Below are positions 25,730 to 39,430 of a stretch of DNA of 64,000 bases, piece by piece. The notes beneath the pieces were generated by a model. The model was not told where the DNA came from. It saw only the letters and a list, made by a program, of their open reading frames with translations, and did no database searches. How positions within the stretch are numbered: position 1 is the first letter of the stretch; each line of letters starts with the position of its first letter. The DNA lies in assembly GCA_002633005.1 (NCBI GenBank), contig NMRA01000311.1, positions 259,839 to 323,838 of the forward strand. The letters are read 5' to 3'. The translations under genes and the position numbers were made by a program. The DNA comes from Phoronis australis (lineage: Eukaryota > Animalia > Phoronida).

Positions 25730-26220
25730 CAGGGCAATGATGATTATTCCCAGCCTTCTTATTGGTCTATGTAATCACATGACATGAGTTTGGCCAGCTC
25801 CCGACCCTCACAGGTTGATGATTGTCATGTGTCTTTAGATATCACCTTTGTTTGCTTTTCACATTTTTGTTACATGTTTACAGGCATTTTCTTTGTTTGT
25901 ATTCTTTCATGTTACAGTCCCATTGTGTCAGCTACACAGACGAACGCATCTATTAAACATTTCATTTTTACCCACCCACTACCTCTCATCACCTGTGACA
26001 CCTCGTACCTCTGTGTTGCACTTTGTAGTGCCCATCTTACTGGAGATTATTATTTTGCAAGCATTGTATTTATTCTCATCCCCATTTTTTGTATTCTGTC
26101 TTATTTTGTCAACCTGGGTCTCCTTTATATCTCTGGTAACGATGTTGTAATACATAAATTGTATCTTTTATCGTTGGTACGTATAGACTGGCAATGGATA
26201 ATTTTGATAACAGTGAATTG
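25730..26220 (+). repeat. Dispersed repeat, copy of the element at about 37070-37600
   Basis: Shared TTGGTCTATGT.ATCAC and TTGTGTCAGCTA..AGACG.ACGC.TCTATTAAACAT...CCACCCACTACCTCTCATCAC blocks. Confidence 0.85.
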
Positions 26221-26988
26221 AGTAGTAGGTGTCGCAGGTACTTTAAGTGGTTACCAGAAAAGTTGATCTTGCTCATTTTTAGGGCCATCCTCATGGCTCC
26301 CCTGACCACACCCACCACAGCGAATCTGTCAGATGGCCGTTTCCTAGCATTGGGATACCCATGGATCACTGTGGTATCAAAGAAAATTACTTATCATGCC
26401 CAAAATACCTCTGGGACTCCGGTGCAATATGACGATCATATATAGTGACTGTCACAAATTTCATTAGATAAAGTCCGGTTTGTGATTAGAAAAGTTAAGG
26501 TTTGTTGTACATTCTAATAATATGAATTCCAATTATAGGCTCAACCATCCAGAGTTTAAATAATTATGAACTTGTGTCGTATATCGCTCTTGTATGCCAT
26601 TTTGATTTGATGAGTGTATTCCTTCAGTTAGAATCATAAGATTTCTGTTGTAATCATCATTACCAATTTAAGCAGTTTTTTGGTAGTTTCCAGTTCTTAC
26701 GACCCTATTTTCAACTTGTTTAGTTATGCACTGTATTTTTCTATTTTCATTCGACATTTACATCCATTTCATGGCAAGTATTGACTTCTGTTTGTTTGGC
26801 ACTTCTCTGAGTTTGCTAAATAACATCTGGATTGGGGCAATAAGTTGTCAATGCACAGTCGTGGTTTATGTTTGTCATAAGAACAAAATTAGAGCTTGCA
26901 TTTCAAGCATATATTATATAAGTTGGACTTTCAGTAAGACCCACAAATTATTTGAACTGCAGAGTGTATGAACTAAAATGAGTAATAG

Positions 26989-27181
26989 CTTATTACTTTA
27001 AATGATTTATTCATATTAAAATGACGTAGGCAAAAAATTCAAATTTGAGCTTCAAAAAGTGGTTCCTGCTGTATTAATATAGGTAGTCCTGTTCTTTGGC
27101 GGTCATTGGGTGGGGCATTTGAGGCCTGAATTTGAATTTTAGTGTCATTTTAATAAGAATAAGTCATATAAAATAATAAGG
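26989..27181. mobile_element. Small foldback/MITE with imperfect inverted arms of about 65 bp
   Basis: CTTATTACTTTAAATGATTTATTCATATTAAAATGAC..AATTCAAATT is inverted at 27118-27181. Confidence 0.7.
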
Positions 27182-27789
27182 TATATGAACTTAATTCTGG
27201 TTCCGACGTCCGACTTACACTGGTGCGACGTATATTTTACTGTAAACAGTTACTTTCTGTTTTCTGTATTATAAACTGGGTTTTGGTTTCCTGTTTTCTC
27301 TCTATAAGATGACTTTCCTGATTCTGAGACTCATAATCAAACATCAACCTCTTACTATTGTTCACATTTATGGGTTTAGCAAAGCTTGTGGTCGCAGTTG
27401 TTTTGTGGCTTTGCTTTCTAATCACACTGGAGAGTTATGAAGTGCCGAACTGAATATTAAGTGCCAGACAATGCCTGGTGGTTATTTCTGTGAAAAATAT
27501 CTCCTGAAATAGTGTTTTTGATTGTGCGCAGCTGCTTCCACTATGACATGGTGACTGCAGTGCATGTTCTTATGAAGTCCATGCATGGTGTATACGTGAA
27601 AGAGTGGTCTTTTTTATGCGCCAACATACTTATATGTGAGTGCATTATGCTGTCATCTCTGTCAATCCATCCGGCGTCAGCTGCTTTAATTTCCAAGCCC
27701 TTCAATGCATGTTCGTGAAATTTTGCAGACATGTTCCTTTCGTGGATGGGATGGCATGAGCTATTTTTCGGACGGATCAGACTACCAGT

Positions 27790-27920
27790 GTGTCACTTAG
27801 TGGCAATTTTATTTTTTATGTTTACCTCTTTGGAGGTCCTCAACGGTTTTCATAAAATGTAGCAAATAGGTATCTATCAGTGAGATGACGACGCCGTCTA
27901 GTATTGTGCGCCACCTTGTG
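27790..27920 (+). repeat. Dispersed repeat fragment
   Basis: Similar to 33995-34130 and to the reverse complement of 23870-23955. Confidence 0.65.
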
Positions 27921-28589
27921 GACATTTTTGTTGTTTTGAGTCTGTTTTTTGACTTTTTGACATACACCCTTCTATTAACCAAACCACTCTAACGATGATT
28001 TTGAAAATTGGCATATATGTTCCTTCTGCGAAGAGGATGGCCGACGATGACTTTGTACAATTTTGGCTATTTTGTTGCCTCCTAGAGGCAGTTTAATTTT
28101 TTGCGTACATGACTATATCTCCTTTATCATTTGCAACATTAATAATAGTTCAGTAACAGCCGTGTCTGGAACTTCGAATGTATGCAGCTGCATACACTAT
28201 GGCATGCGACTGTTATGCATGTGCATAATATGAAGTGCACACAAAGTACGCATATGCAATACCCTTTCTAAAACACCATGCAAATATCTTATCTAGGTTG
28301 ATAGGGTGTATTACCAACAAAGGCTGATCTTGATTCTCTCTGTGGAGACACCTGATTGGTTCCCGATGATAACAAATCAGATGTCTGAGCCGGTTGACCT
28401 GGCTGAACTGATGGAGCAAATCAAGTGCAGCCAGTGTCAAACTGACAAATCTAATTGCAACTCAAAACAACAGAAAACTTTTCAGCACATTGTAACTCGT
28501 AGTGATCACTTCATTTGTCCAGTTTCAAAATGGTTCTAAATAACTTTTACTAGTTTTATAATTTTCCTAAAAATAACTTTGCATTGTGG

Positions 28590-29493
28590 CAGGGCTTCAT
28601 CTAGGATTTCGAACATAGGGTGTCCAAAATGGGGTTCCCAATATTCCAGGGCGTCCATTACCCCCCCTCCCCACCCCATTCACCAGTAANNNNNNNNNNN
28701 NNNNNNNNNNNNNNNNNNNNNNNNNNNNNNNNNNNNNNNNNNNNNNNNNNNNNNNNNNNNNNNNNNNNNNNNNNNNNNNNNNNNNNNNNNNNNNNNNNNN
28801 NNNNNNNNNNNNNTTTTGGTCATCTCAAGTCAAATTCTGTTATAAAGTTTATTATATCAACTTCACTAGCTTTATATTCTGTACAATGAGTCATCAAAGC
28901 TGCAGTTACCAACAAAAGAAAAATGCACAGATGATGTGTGGTTTATATTTTGACAACAGGTGTCATTGCTGCTCCATTTTAGACGCACATAGAAAAGCAT
29001 GAAACAGGCGAAAACTCAAACATTTTAAATGGGGATATTCTTGCGGCACATCATATTATTAAAATAATGACATTTATTTTGCTTTTGGTATTTTTAAAAA
29101 AAGATGAAGTACATGAAATTACAGCTCTGAAACACCAGTTTGGAGTTAAGCAAGGTCCATGTCCCTATATAAAGTGGCATGTGAGTCTATTGAAAGCAGA
29201 CACTCTGGCAACCAACCACGTGCTAATGATTGATAGGTCTACCAAATAGTTTGAGAATAGCTTGAATATTGCAACATTTTAAATACTTTGTATATTGCTT
29301 TCGAGTTGAAAGGGCCAACTTCCCCCTTTGATTAACTGGGAGTCTTAGTAATCTTTCTATGTGGGTGTCCAAACTGGAGAAATTCTGATTGACAGGGCGT
29401 CCAAATGATACATTGGGCGTCCTTGCCAGGGCGTCTACATTAGTGCTAGGGTGTCCAAATGGACGCCCAGGACGTACGCTGCATGAAGGCCTG
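28590..29493. mobile_element. Non-autonomous TIR element spanning the assembly gap
   Basis: Ends CAGGGCTTCAT / ATGAAGGCCTG (1 mismatch); GGGYGTCCA subterminal motifs near both ends; no TSD seen. Confidence 0.6.
28690..28813. other. Assembly gap (124 N)
   Basis: Run of N. Confidence 1.
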
Positions 29494-29593
29494 GCTCAGC
29501 ATTTCTTCCTGAACATTTTTATTTCTGCTCTCTCGGGTTTTCAGTCCTTTTGGTCGATTCTTCACTTTGACTTATGCTTGTAAGTTTGCTGGA

Positions 29594-29670
29594 ATTCTGT
29601 TCAGTCTGCAGTTATGTTATCCAAGCTATGTATTCTGTTCAGTCTGCAGTTATGTTATCCAAGCAATGTA
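29594..29670. repeat. Tandem duplication of 38 bp
   Basis: ATTCTGTTCAGTCTGCAGTTATGTTATCCAAGC occurs twice. Confidence 0.85.
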
Positions 29671-29990
29671 TTGATGTATAAAGCACATGGAGAAACATGG
29701 TGCCTTCCTCTTTGTGAACAGCACTTGCACCAAGAATTTCTATTTTTGGATTTCTGACTCTTGTCCTGAATTTAAGTTGCAAGCATGTTTTTACCCGTTT
29801 ATCCTGCCAAGGTAACTTTAAAAGATGAGAGTTTCATTGCCACGTACACGCACCATTCAGACTGTGTAGCTATCCATGCACTTACCATTACACAATATAA
29901 ATTTCAAATGATTGATTTACGTAGTGGGTAAAATCTGGTCAGTTCACGTGTATCTATCCCGTCCTAATCCACTTTGCTTCTCACCCACAG

Positions 29991-30223
29991 CTTCAGCTGT
30001 TCTGTTGGTCGTCATCGTCGCCGCGTTGATGATGTGCCTCCGATACAACCACTCCAGGTACCATGGTTTCAAGCAGATCAAACCCAACGGTTTCCTTGAC
30101 GACGAGCTCAGCGACCCCATGCTGAAGAAATCCAAGAAGCCGCTGAAGGAATACCACGACGACTTTTCATCAGAGGATGAAGACAGTCTCTACTTCAAAG
30201 GCCAGACAACACACAAGAAATAA
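29991..30223 (+). CDS. CPD: CPD last coding exon, TM helix and cytosolic tail
   Basis: cacag|CT TCA; SAVLLVVIVAALMMCL then YHGFKQI...SKKPLKEYHDDFSSEDEDSLYF, TAA at 30221-30223. Confidence 0.93.
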
Positions 30224-33200
30224 AGCCACAGTCACATGACCAATGTGATTCATGTGTTGCGTAACATCAATTTAGCCATATTCACTTGCAATGTTCAGGG
30301 TGACCGCAGCCATTATTTTTATCTGTGCATTATGTACGAGTATACATTGTGAATTATGAAATATGGACATGACAAGACAATGGTGCAGCTCTATGCACCA
30401 GAATTTGTTATTTCTTAATAATGAATCCAGTTCTGAATCATTTTAAAGGCCAAGTTTCACATTACTTGTAATTTCATGTCATTCCATTCTCACAAAGTGC
30501 CTGGAATACAATGAATCCTGCTAATCTATTGATCAGCTTCCAGGCATCTCAAATAAGTATCACATGTAAAGATGGCTAAATGAGATTTTCTGCTTGTCAA
30601 ACTTTCATGAAGGACCCAAAAAGGCGTTAGAGATTCTTAACCATTTGAATAAATGCGTGTTAGTGGTTGATACTGATGGCAGTATATTGTCCTTACCATC
30701 AATCTGAGAACCATTTAGGCAGTGTCACTACCAGGAGTGAGGTACTGTAGATATTGCATCCAATGTGACTGCAATAAAGCCAGATAGACCGGTCGTTTGT
30801 AATCTAACAGCACTTCGGAGATAAGCTGTGGATTTTGCTGGGTCTTTGAATAGTTCATGTTGAAACTGTCTGTGTGCTAGTCGCATTCATTTGCATGCAC
30901 GACGGCCAATGTTGAGATGGTAGGCTCTGTTTGAACATTCATATTTTCTGTGGCGTTGCGGCAACCAGTGACAGTAAAAGAACCTTTCCTGCACTTCACT
31001 TTAATAACAAAGCAAATTTATTTTTGTACTTGTAGAGTTTTATTGGAAATGTACGGTTTGGGGTTCTTCATTGTCACATTATGACAATTCAAATTAACAT
31101 TAAACATGTAATATAATTCCCGCACTTTCTGACATTGTAGTGTTGCTTCTTTATCCTTTCTTAAATTTGCCTGATCTGCATGATGGCTGTAAAAACATTG
31201 CGGGAAATCCTTAATGCTCTGAATCCTTGGAGTGCTGAATTTATGGCTATATTTTCTGATCTACTGGGAATGGTTTGCTTGAAAACATTTACGAGATGTC
31301 CTTCTGTGATTTCGAAGATTGTTCTTGGTGTTGTGTTGTGTAATACCGCTTTCAGTGATATATATGACTTGTTAAAAAGGAGTTATATTAAAGGACCATA
31401 ATCAGAATTACTGCCAAATACATTTTGTGGGTTATTGTTGTACGAGATATTTATATGGTTTGACCAGAGCTATAAAAGAGCAAAATTCATTGTCTTTGTA
31501 ATAATATTACAATTTTTTTTATTGCAGTTGTATGCCAGCCATTCATAGAAATCAGAGCTAGTGACTGACAATTAATTAAATACGCTTAATGCACTTTACA
31601 TTTTCCTGTCTTGCTGAATGCTATGTAGTTTTTATTTTTTTGCGAAAAGATGAGCCCACCAGAGCCGGGCTGCCTAGAACTTAATCTTATTTGAGGGTAC
31701 TGTGGTTCTTATGAGGAAGCCACTGTTGATGCCATGGAAGATTCCAAAGGTTCTCTCTGAAAACTGTAATTGGTAGCAGTGTAACAACCTTATTTTGTTG
31801 ATTACAAAAAATGCATTTTATAGACCAACATTTATAGACCAGCATTTATAGACCAACATTTTGATATTCTTGGGAAGAGTTGCGCTCCATGTTTTGCATT
31901 AGGTCGCGTGTTGATGTTGTGACCAACAGATGGCGTGCAAGGGTTTAGAATAACACTTTCTATAACCATTCACACCATTCTACAAGTATCCTCCATTAAG
32001 CTGGACCAACAACTGTTGTCTGATGCTTTAGGTGGTGCTGTCCGTGTTAGCAACTCTGCTTAGTTTTGTGCAACCCATCCCACAATTAAAATTTAGCTCT
32101 GACACTACCTTTGCTTGAAGTCATATACAGTAAAAGACCGAGGTAATGGTACAGAGTACTGTATCTACGTAATGAAGGCTAATTCTGTTTACAAGAAAGG
32201 TGATTGGTATTAGCTATTTGGCTGGCAAAATTCAAGTTACAGACAGGCTTGGCCTCCTTACTAATTTTCCTGTAAGTTCCCCTTCGTGTTTGGTCATAAG
32301 GGAGACAACTCTGATGAATTCGGCCAGCAATTCTATCGGAAAATTTAGGATCACCTTGTCTGAATATTTTTGGCTTGTATTGTATGTTGGGCATTTGTAT
32401 AGAGCCCATCTGTTCCAGCTGTAACTGCATATGTTTAAACCTGTCACTTCTATTTTATGTCTGAACTCGGACTCAAAACTTAACCAATTGTGTCGCATGA
32501 TTTGTGTACAAAATTAATATAAACCGTACCTAAGTGTGATAGTATTTAGCAGAGTTCACCACCAACAAAACAGGTTGTGATTTGTACAGCATGGTGACTG
32601 GTCTTATTCGTCGGTCTTGGTAACAGGTCTTATTTAAATCCTTTGTGGTTCTTTTTGACTTAATTTATTTTTTAACTTCTTCAGTAAGTACTAAACATAA
32701 TGAACTTGCGGTCAAGTGATACCAATTCCGGGCAAAAATAATTGCCATTTTTTGATTTTCAAACGCTTATAACATTGTTTTGAATCCCCACGATTTCTCG
32801 GAATTATTCTGTGGTGGTAGCTATGGTGTTGACCTTTGATTTAGCATTTATTTGGTGCTTCTGATCTGATAAGAAATGGAAAACATAAATTTCACTTGTC
32901 GGCCATATTGTGTCCTGAATTGGTGACATTTTGCCCTGTGTTCATCTAAGTGCTAAAAATTCTTCAGTTTAGAACAATGAGGCATAAATTGAAATTGTGT
33001 TTTTTCAAGTTTTTCAGCTGACAAAGCAGCTGATCAGAAATTTGCTTTGGTTCTATGAATGTAACAATACAAATTTTATTTTCTTCGAAGGCAAATATAA
33101 AATGCTGGTATTGTGGCATTCCTCAGGACATGCTTGTAAAGTGGGTTGTTGAATTACTGTACAACTGTTTATCTCACCAGCAAGTTATATTTCTGATATC

Positions 33201-33678
33201 AACTGGAGTAGTGTTCAGCTGTGGTGTTTTGTTATGCTGAACAGTAAGTAAAAGTTCATTTTGCTTTGCGGAATGTGGTATTTTTTCAACCTTTGGCTTT
33301 CGATCATATTTGGCCTGTGGGTAGAGCCATTGACCTAATTATTTCTTTGCCCATGGTATTTAGAAGTTGACCTAATTATTTTTGCAATTGGTGTGTGTAC
33401 ATGGCTAAAGAAGTTCAAATATTGTCACAGTTTTCTGTTTTGTGTAAATTGCGAATCTTTTTCTTTGTTCTTTTTTAATTTTTAGCAGTTCACACTATGC
33501 TGGACACCTATTATAACTTATAAGTTTCTTTGTTTTGGGGAAGAAATTTGTACCACTGAGGTGATTTGAAAAGGGTACATTAGAGCTGTGAATGGGTCTA
33601 CTTTAATACCACCGTTTGGCCTTTGTGTTAAAAAGTAACTAATAATCTATTTGATGTTTACATGTTACTTGTGATTAG

Positions 33679-33684
33679 AATAAA
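33679..33684 (+). promoter_or_regulatory. Candidate distal polyadenylation signal for CPD
   Basis: AATAAA followed by a GT/T-rich stretch; more proximal AATAAA motifs near 30648 and 30773 are alternatives. Confidence 0.3.
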
Positions 33685-33994
33685 CCTGCCTATTGTTGAA
33701 ATTGATGTTTTTTAATTAGCATTTTGGTTTTTCCCTTGCTTTATTAGCTGAAGTTCCACCACCTGGGATGACCCGGTTGAATGCATAGGTATTCAGCTCA
33801 GACATTAGTTCTCTGGTATGGCTGCATTGTTGGACCGACTGAAGACTTGAAATATGAGCATTGTGGTTCTTAGTTTTGATGTGTCCCAGATACTTGCAGT
33901 TAGTAAATATTACACATACCTGCCCACAACACTGTGCTTGACGTAAATAAGATATCAAAATTTTTGACCTGTTTATGCGCTCACATATTCATAT

Positions 33995-34130
33995 GTCCCC
34001 TAGTGGCAAATTTAGTTATTTACGTTTGGCTCTGTATTTTTGGAGTTCCCCGATGGATTTTCATGAAATTTAGCAAATAGGTTTTAATTAAATTAGAGCA
34101 TTACGGCGTCTTCCCGTTGCTGCCAACTTG
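33995..34130 (+). repeat. Dispersed repeat fragment
   Basis: Similar to 27790-27920. Confidence 0.65.
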
Positions 34131-34558
34131 TTCGATTCTATAGCCCAGCAACAAGTTGGGAAGATCACCCCTGTAGCTAATATCTTACAGGACTGATTAA
34201 CTCCACTCTGGCATTTATGGTTGGAGGGCCAGCTCTCTTTTGTTCGATAATTGCTCTAACCTTCACAAAGATCGTATCTAGCCTGACTGGGTAGTGCTGT
34301 TAAAAACAAAAGTTAAATTATAACATATTTGAACATAAACCAATAGCATTTCTGAATTCCTCGTCAAGTGCTGATTATATTTAGTTTTTGAATCGTCAAA
34401 ATCGCCCAACTACAATCGAAGTTGACAATCTATTCTTTCCGAAAGCTCTGGGTTTGACTGTGTTCACATGTGGTCTGTAATAAGCCTGGTAGATAATTGG
34501 CCTGCTTGTTGTCATAACAGACAAAAGACTGTGCTTGGCAGCTAACAAAGAAGCTAGC

Positions 34559-34891
34559 TAGTTTATTTTTTATTTTTCCTTTTCCACCTAGGTGGAAATA
34601 ATTCAACCTAGGTGGAAATTATTTTCACCCAGGTGGAAATTATTTCAACCTCGGTGGAAACTATTTGCACATGGGTGGAAATTGTTTCAACCTAGGTGGA
34701 AATTATTTACACCCGGGTGGAAATTATTTCAATCTGGGTGGAAACTTTTCACCCGGGTGGAAATTATTTCTACCTAGGTGGAAATAATTCCAACCTAGAT
34801 GGAAATTATTTTCACCCGGGTGGAAATAATTTCCACCTGGGTGTAAATGATTTCCACCTAGGTGGAATAGGAAAAATAAAACAATAAACTA
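34559..34891. mobile_element. Foldback element built of 21-bp palindromic units
   Basis: TIRs of about 40 bp (TAGTTTATTTTTTATTTTTCCTTTTCCACCTAGGTGG) enclose about 13 copies of CCACCTAGGTGGAAATTATTT. Confidence 0.88.
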
Positions 34892-36619
34892 AAATAGCGA
34901 TGATATTCTCAGGCCACCGTACCTCTACATCTGGTAAAGTCACTGAACGGGAAAACGCCGTCATGCAACATACACTTCCTCCATGCCAGTCTGTTTACGT
35001 AAAGCGCTACCTGTTGAGAATTCGACCAGCCAATCAGAAACGCCGGTGTAAAAAAATCGAAGAAAATTAAATGATACCTGCGTGTTCTCTACCCCGTAGA
35101 GGACACGCAGGGAACCAGCGAGATGAAAAAAAAATCTGCCCTGTTTGCGCGGACGTTGGACCCCGGTGATAGTGCACTATCCTATGATACACTCGAGGGG
35201 GGGCGGCGACACGTGGTGTAATAAACAATTGGACCCTGTTCGCGCGGACTTTGAACCCGGTGATAGTGCACTTGTCAAAAATGTAAGCTCCGCTGGCCAG
35301 ACGAGCAGACGAGTTCAGACAGCTACCGTTGAAATTGTCTCAGTTTAGAGGTCCCGATAGTAGAATGACAAGGCTACTGGTAAAGGTATGTGTATAGATC
35401 CTAAAAATATTAGTTCGAAAATGAAAAAGCGGGATGTTTGGATCTAATCCACACCGTAAGAGACGCAACACCCGAAAAAAAGCACTACAGCATATTTTTG
35501 GTCGCGCCTTCAAATGGAATGGGGATAAAAGAGACAATTCTTGTGGAAAGGCGCAAAATTAGCATGTTAATTTCGTCGCGTGTGTCACCTGAGCGAGACA
35601 TTTTCATGCTGACGTGACGGGACGAGAGACGAAGTTCTAAAAAGCGGGACAGTCCTGCCATAAGCGGGACACCTCAGTGTTGACGAATCGGGTTTAGCCG
35701 GGTAAATTTATGCTAGTCATTGAGGGCCTTGCTTTGACTGCGGTAAACTACTGGCTGCTGCAGTGTCAACTACTCAGAGTCATGAAAGAGTTGCTTATGG
35801 ATCACTTCATGGTACTGTTTAATTTATCCAATGTCCTTTCATTGCTATCCAACAACTGACAGTTGTTATACTTATGGTATTCGTAAATTTTGGAATAGAT
35901 CAATATTCTCCGCCGGTGTATATTCTTGCAGTGACTGTGTATTCTGCAGAAGTTTTCAATTCGCGCCAATCCCCAAAACTTCTACGTGTATTTAGCACCA
36001 GTAGCGTGTAGGAGGAGTGAAACTCCGCCTGGAGACATTGTCCGACCTGTTTGTATTTAAATGCTAGCATGCGCTAACCGTCATTCAGTGAATTACGTGG
36101 ATGCACCATGTAAATACATGCAAATACATGCAAACTGGGTGACACTCTTCTATCACACTGGTGATAAGTGTCGGTCTCGACTATTGAGCTCTATTCTTGA
36201 ATAAGCGCCGGGACGACTGATAGGAAGAACAACTCTGAACTTGGTTCAATGCTTTCCTAAATGGCCTATAGAGCTTGCAACATACGCATGCTATTCCTTG
36301 CATGCGCGCATCCAGCCCCCGACTTCAAAATGGGAGGGGGAGGGGCTCGAGTACCTGGCGACGAGGAACGTTTCTGCGTCGAACCAAAAAGTCCACCATG
36401 CGGCGTTATTTTTTGTTCTTCAAATTTTTCGGCAAAAGTACACCCTTTTGGTCGTACTAACCCCTATTACGGCGCCTCGTAACTGTATATAGGGCCCCCA
36501 TAGTTAGATCACAAACATCCTCCGCAGGGCATGTTGGAATACACTCCTGAGGTCGACCGCGGTGGCATAGGTGACGCTGGTTACAATGGCAGCGAAGGGC
36601 TACTTTCATTTAAGATTGT

Positions 36620-36960
36620 TTGAAAAGTAGAACTGGAACGCAAATGAGTTTGTTTTTAATAGTGATTTTATTTTGCTTTAACTTTACAATTTAAAGTAAT
36701 CATACTCTAAAATTGTTTGACAGTAGATTTTCTTTTCATAAAAATTGTTTTACGTCAATTTTTTTTAAAATATGTTTTACTTTAAAAATATGTTTTCTTT
36801 TAAAATCAAAAATGTCTTTAAATTTGTTTTTCATCAATACGTTTTACTTCCAAAATTATTTTTACTTTAAAAACAAAATTATTTTTTAAATTGTTCTATG
36901 TTAGATTTTCTTTTTAACATCTTTTAACTTCAAAATAAATTCATTTTTGATGTTAATTGT
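36620..36960. repeat. AT-rich degenerate tandem array
   Basis: Recurrent TTTTACTTTAAAA-like units, flanked by TGGCAG...GGGC.ACT direct repeats. Confidence 0.55.
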
Positions 36961-37069
36961 ATCTTGGCAGTATGGGCCACTATAGAGATATGGTATTTCA
37001 CTTGTTACATATAATTATGTGAGCCTGGGGACTCCTCTGTGATCTTACAACTCCCCTAATCCTCAATTC

Positions 37070-37600
37070 TTTTGTTCAGGGCTTCGCGTCGTTTATTCCC
37101 AGGCATCTAATTGGTCTATGTTATCACGTGCCACGATTTTGTTCAGCTCACCCGGCTCTTACTGGCTGATGACTGTCACGTGTTTATAGGAATTTCTTTT
37201 AGCCTTGTGTCAGCTATAAAGACGTACGCGTCTATTAAACATATCATTTTTCCCACCCACTACCTCTCATCACGTGTGGCACCTCTTACCTCTGTGTCGC
37301 GCTTTTTATTGCCCATCTTACCGGAAATTATTACATATTGTATTTCATTTTCACCCGTTGTATTTGTATTCTGTAATAATACAAGACCTTATTTCGCCAT
37401 CCTCGGTCTCCTTTTCATCTCTGGTAATGAGCTCGTGACGCACGCATTTTACTCGAAACATTTGCCGAACTATGTAGTTTTCTTGATTGGAACTTATGTA
37501 AAGCTGGTAGATTATCTTTATGGTATTCTTTTGACCTTATAATTGTGGACATTCCATTGTACTTAAAACTGTATTGTGAGTCTGTAATAAGGATTTGCTA
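37070..37600 (+). repeat. Dispersed repeat (copy at 25730-26220) followed by a microsatellite
   Basis: Sequence similarity to 25730-26220; a (TCTG)n tail suggests a retroposon 3' end. Confidence 0.8.
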
Positions 37601-37604
37601 TTTA

Positions 37605-37667
<63 letters not shown>
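37605..37667. repeat. (TCTG)n microsatellite
   Basis: About 15 perfect units. Confidence 0.97.
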
Positions 37668-37669
<2 letters not shown>

Positions 37670-38089
37670 TTGCCGGTCTGAGTCATTGCTTAGCTCTACA
37701 ACCCAGTGTAACAACTCGCGTTTACTGACATCTGGTGAAAGGATGCTCTCTTGTTACTCTATGACGTTGACAGCGACTTCAGTGATTGCAAGAAACCGTT
37801 AGCGCACGCTGAAATTCAGGACGACATGGCTGCTGCACATAACTGTGTTGCGTCAAGTCCCACAACTAGGACCCCAATATTTGATATGGGGGTTACTAGT
37901 GCACCGTGTTATTTTTAGCATTTTGATAACACTCTTGGTTTTAAGAAATCGAAACCATGGTCTGAAGGTGGGGTGATAAGGCTTCACAAAGGTGGAAGTC
38001 TTGACCGTATAGAAATAATCGAGTGGTTACTCTTTTGTCAAATATGCCTTATGTGTATATTCGTACTTTGAATGAGAGATTATTGGTAG

Positions 38090-39430
38090 AGGGGGCAACT
38101 TAACTGCCTGAGGCACGAGGCAGACACAAGAAGGGTTACAGGACCGTTGATAACATTTTTGTTCTTTAACACACTAGTTCACTGATAGCTAAGCCGGGTA
38201 AAAATGTATTGTCTCTACATAGATTTATAGATTTTCCAAAACCCTTTACTGTCTTTGCAGAAGCATCCTGTGGGAAAATGTCAACACTAAGATGTTACAA
38301 AAAGTTGAAAAATTTATATCGGGATGTTAAGCGAAAAGCAATAATGAGAGAAGGTTCTTCCGAATATTTTAAATGTTCAACTGGTGTTAGACAAGAGTGC
38401 ACGCTGTCGTCTTTTTATTTAACTTTTTGTAAAAGACTGAGAAAAATATCTAAAAATGCAATCCTCTTGGTATCAATAGACATTTTATGTGGCTATCCAG
38501 ATGAACTGGTTTTGTGTGCAGCTACCCCAATAGGTTATCAACGTTGCATCAATAAGTTAAAATTCAACTGTCGCGCAATTAAACTGAAGGTGAACATGGA
38601 TAAGACCAAAGTCATGGTGTTTCGGAAAGGTGGAGTTTTGGCAAAACATTAAAACAACTTGAAGTCTTCAACCAGCATAAGTATTTAGAATCTGTCTTTA
38701 CTTCCGGTTGTTCATGTTCGCTAATCAGAAAAAGACTTGCTCGTTAAACTTGGAAAGCAATGGATTGCATACGATATTCTTGATACAATTTCGGAGATCT
38801 GAGGCCACAGACATTGCGCAACAGATTATGCTGATGATATCATATGCCGGTGAAGTTTGTCTTTTTATAATGCAAACGAGATTGCAAATAGTCAACAACA
38901 CAATTGTCTAGAAAATGAAGTAGATTGTTGAGGTGTAATGGTGAAACAATTGTTGGAAACCTGGAGTTTCAAGATATATGGAGAACACAGAGGATTTTAG
39001 ACACAGCGAGCTCCATGGAAGAGGTTAGATTGTGAGTTACTCTCACGTCTGTGAACGATTCTCTCAATAATCTTGCTGATTATGATAAACTAATGCTTTT
39101 ATTATAGAAATGTTAAAAATAACTTATGTTTCCAAGGCTACTTGGACACAGTAAAAATTATAAGTTAAAGAATTGCCCTGACAAAATTAAGGATATCAGT
39201 TAACTGTCTAAACATTGAAAAAGGGCGTGAACTGGACAGAGGTAATGCAAGCTATGCTCGACTTAAGAAATAGAGTCAGAATGCCATGTTCTTCTTAACT
39301 GTTTTGCTAACTTTATGAAACCATAGATTAACGTTAAGAGACGTTTCGAGTGACTACCTTAGTCTCTATATGATAAGAACGACGAGCATGGAAAAACGTT
39401 GGCTAGATACGACGTGTTTTTGGGTGTTAA
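38090..39430 (+). mobile_element. Decayed non-LTR retrotransposon (RT domain and C-terminal region)
   Basis: Frameshifted motifs KGYRTVDNIFVL, GVRQECTLS, YPDELVL (decayed YADD), LKVNMDKTKVMVFRKGG and LTKLRISVNCLNIEKGR. Confidence 0.88.

Noticed and set aside
25784-26221. Hydrophobic 145-aa ORF, with a similar ORF at 37111-37542
   Set aside because: Both lie in copies of a T-rich dispersed repeat that differ by indels; no domain is recognisable.
34592-34887. ORFs with PRWKLF repeats
   Set aside because: Translation of the 21-bp palindromic repeat.
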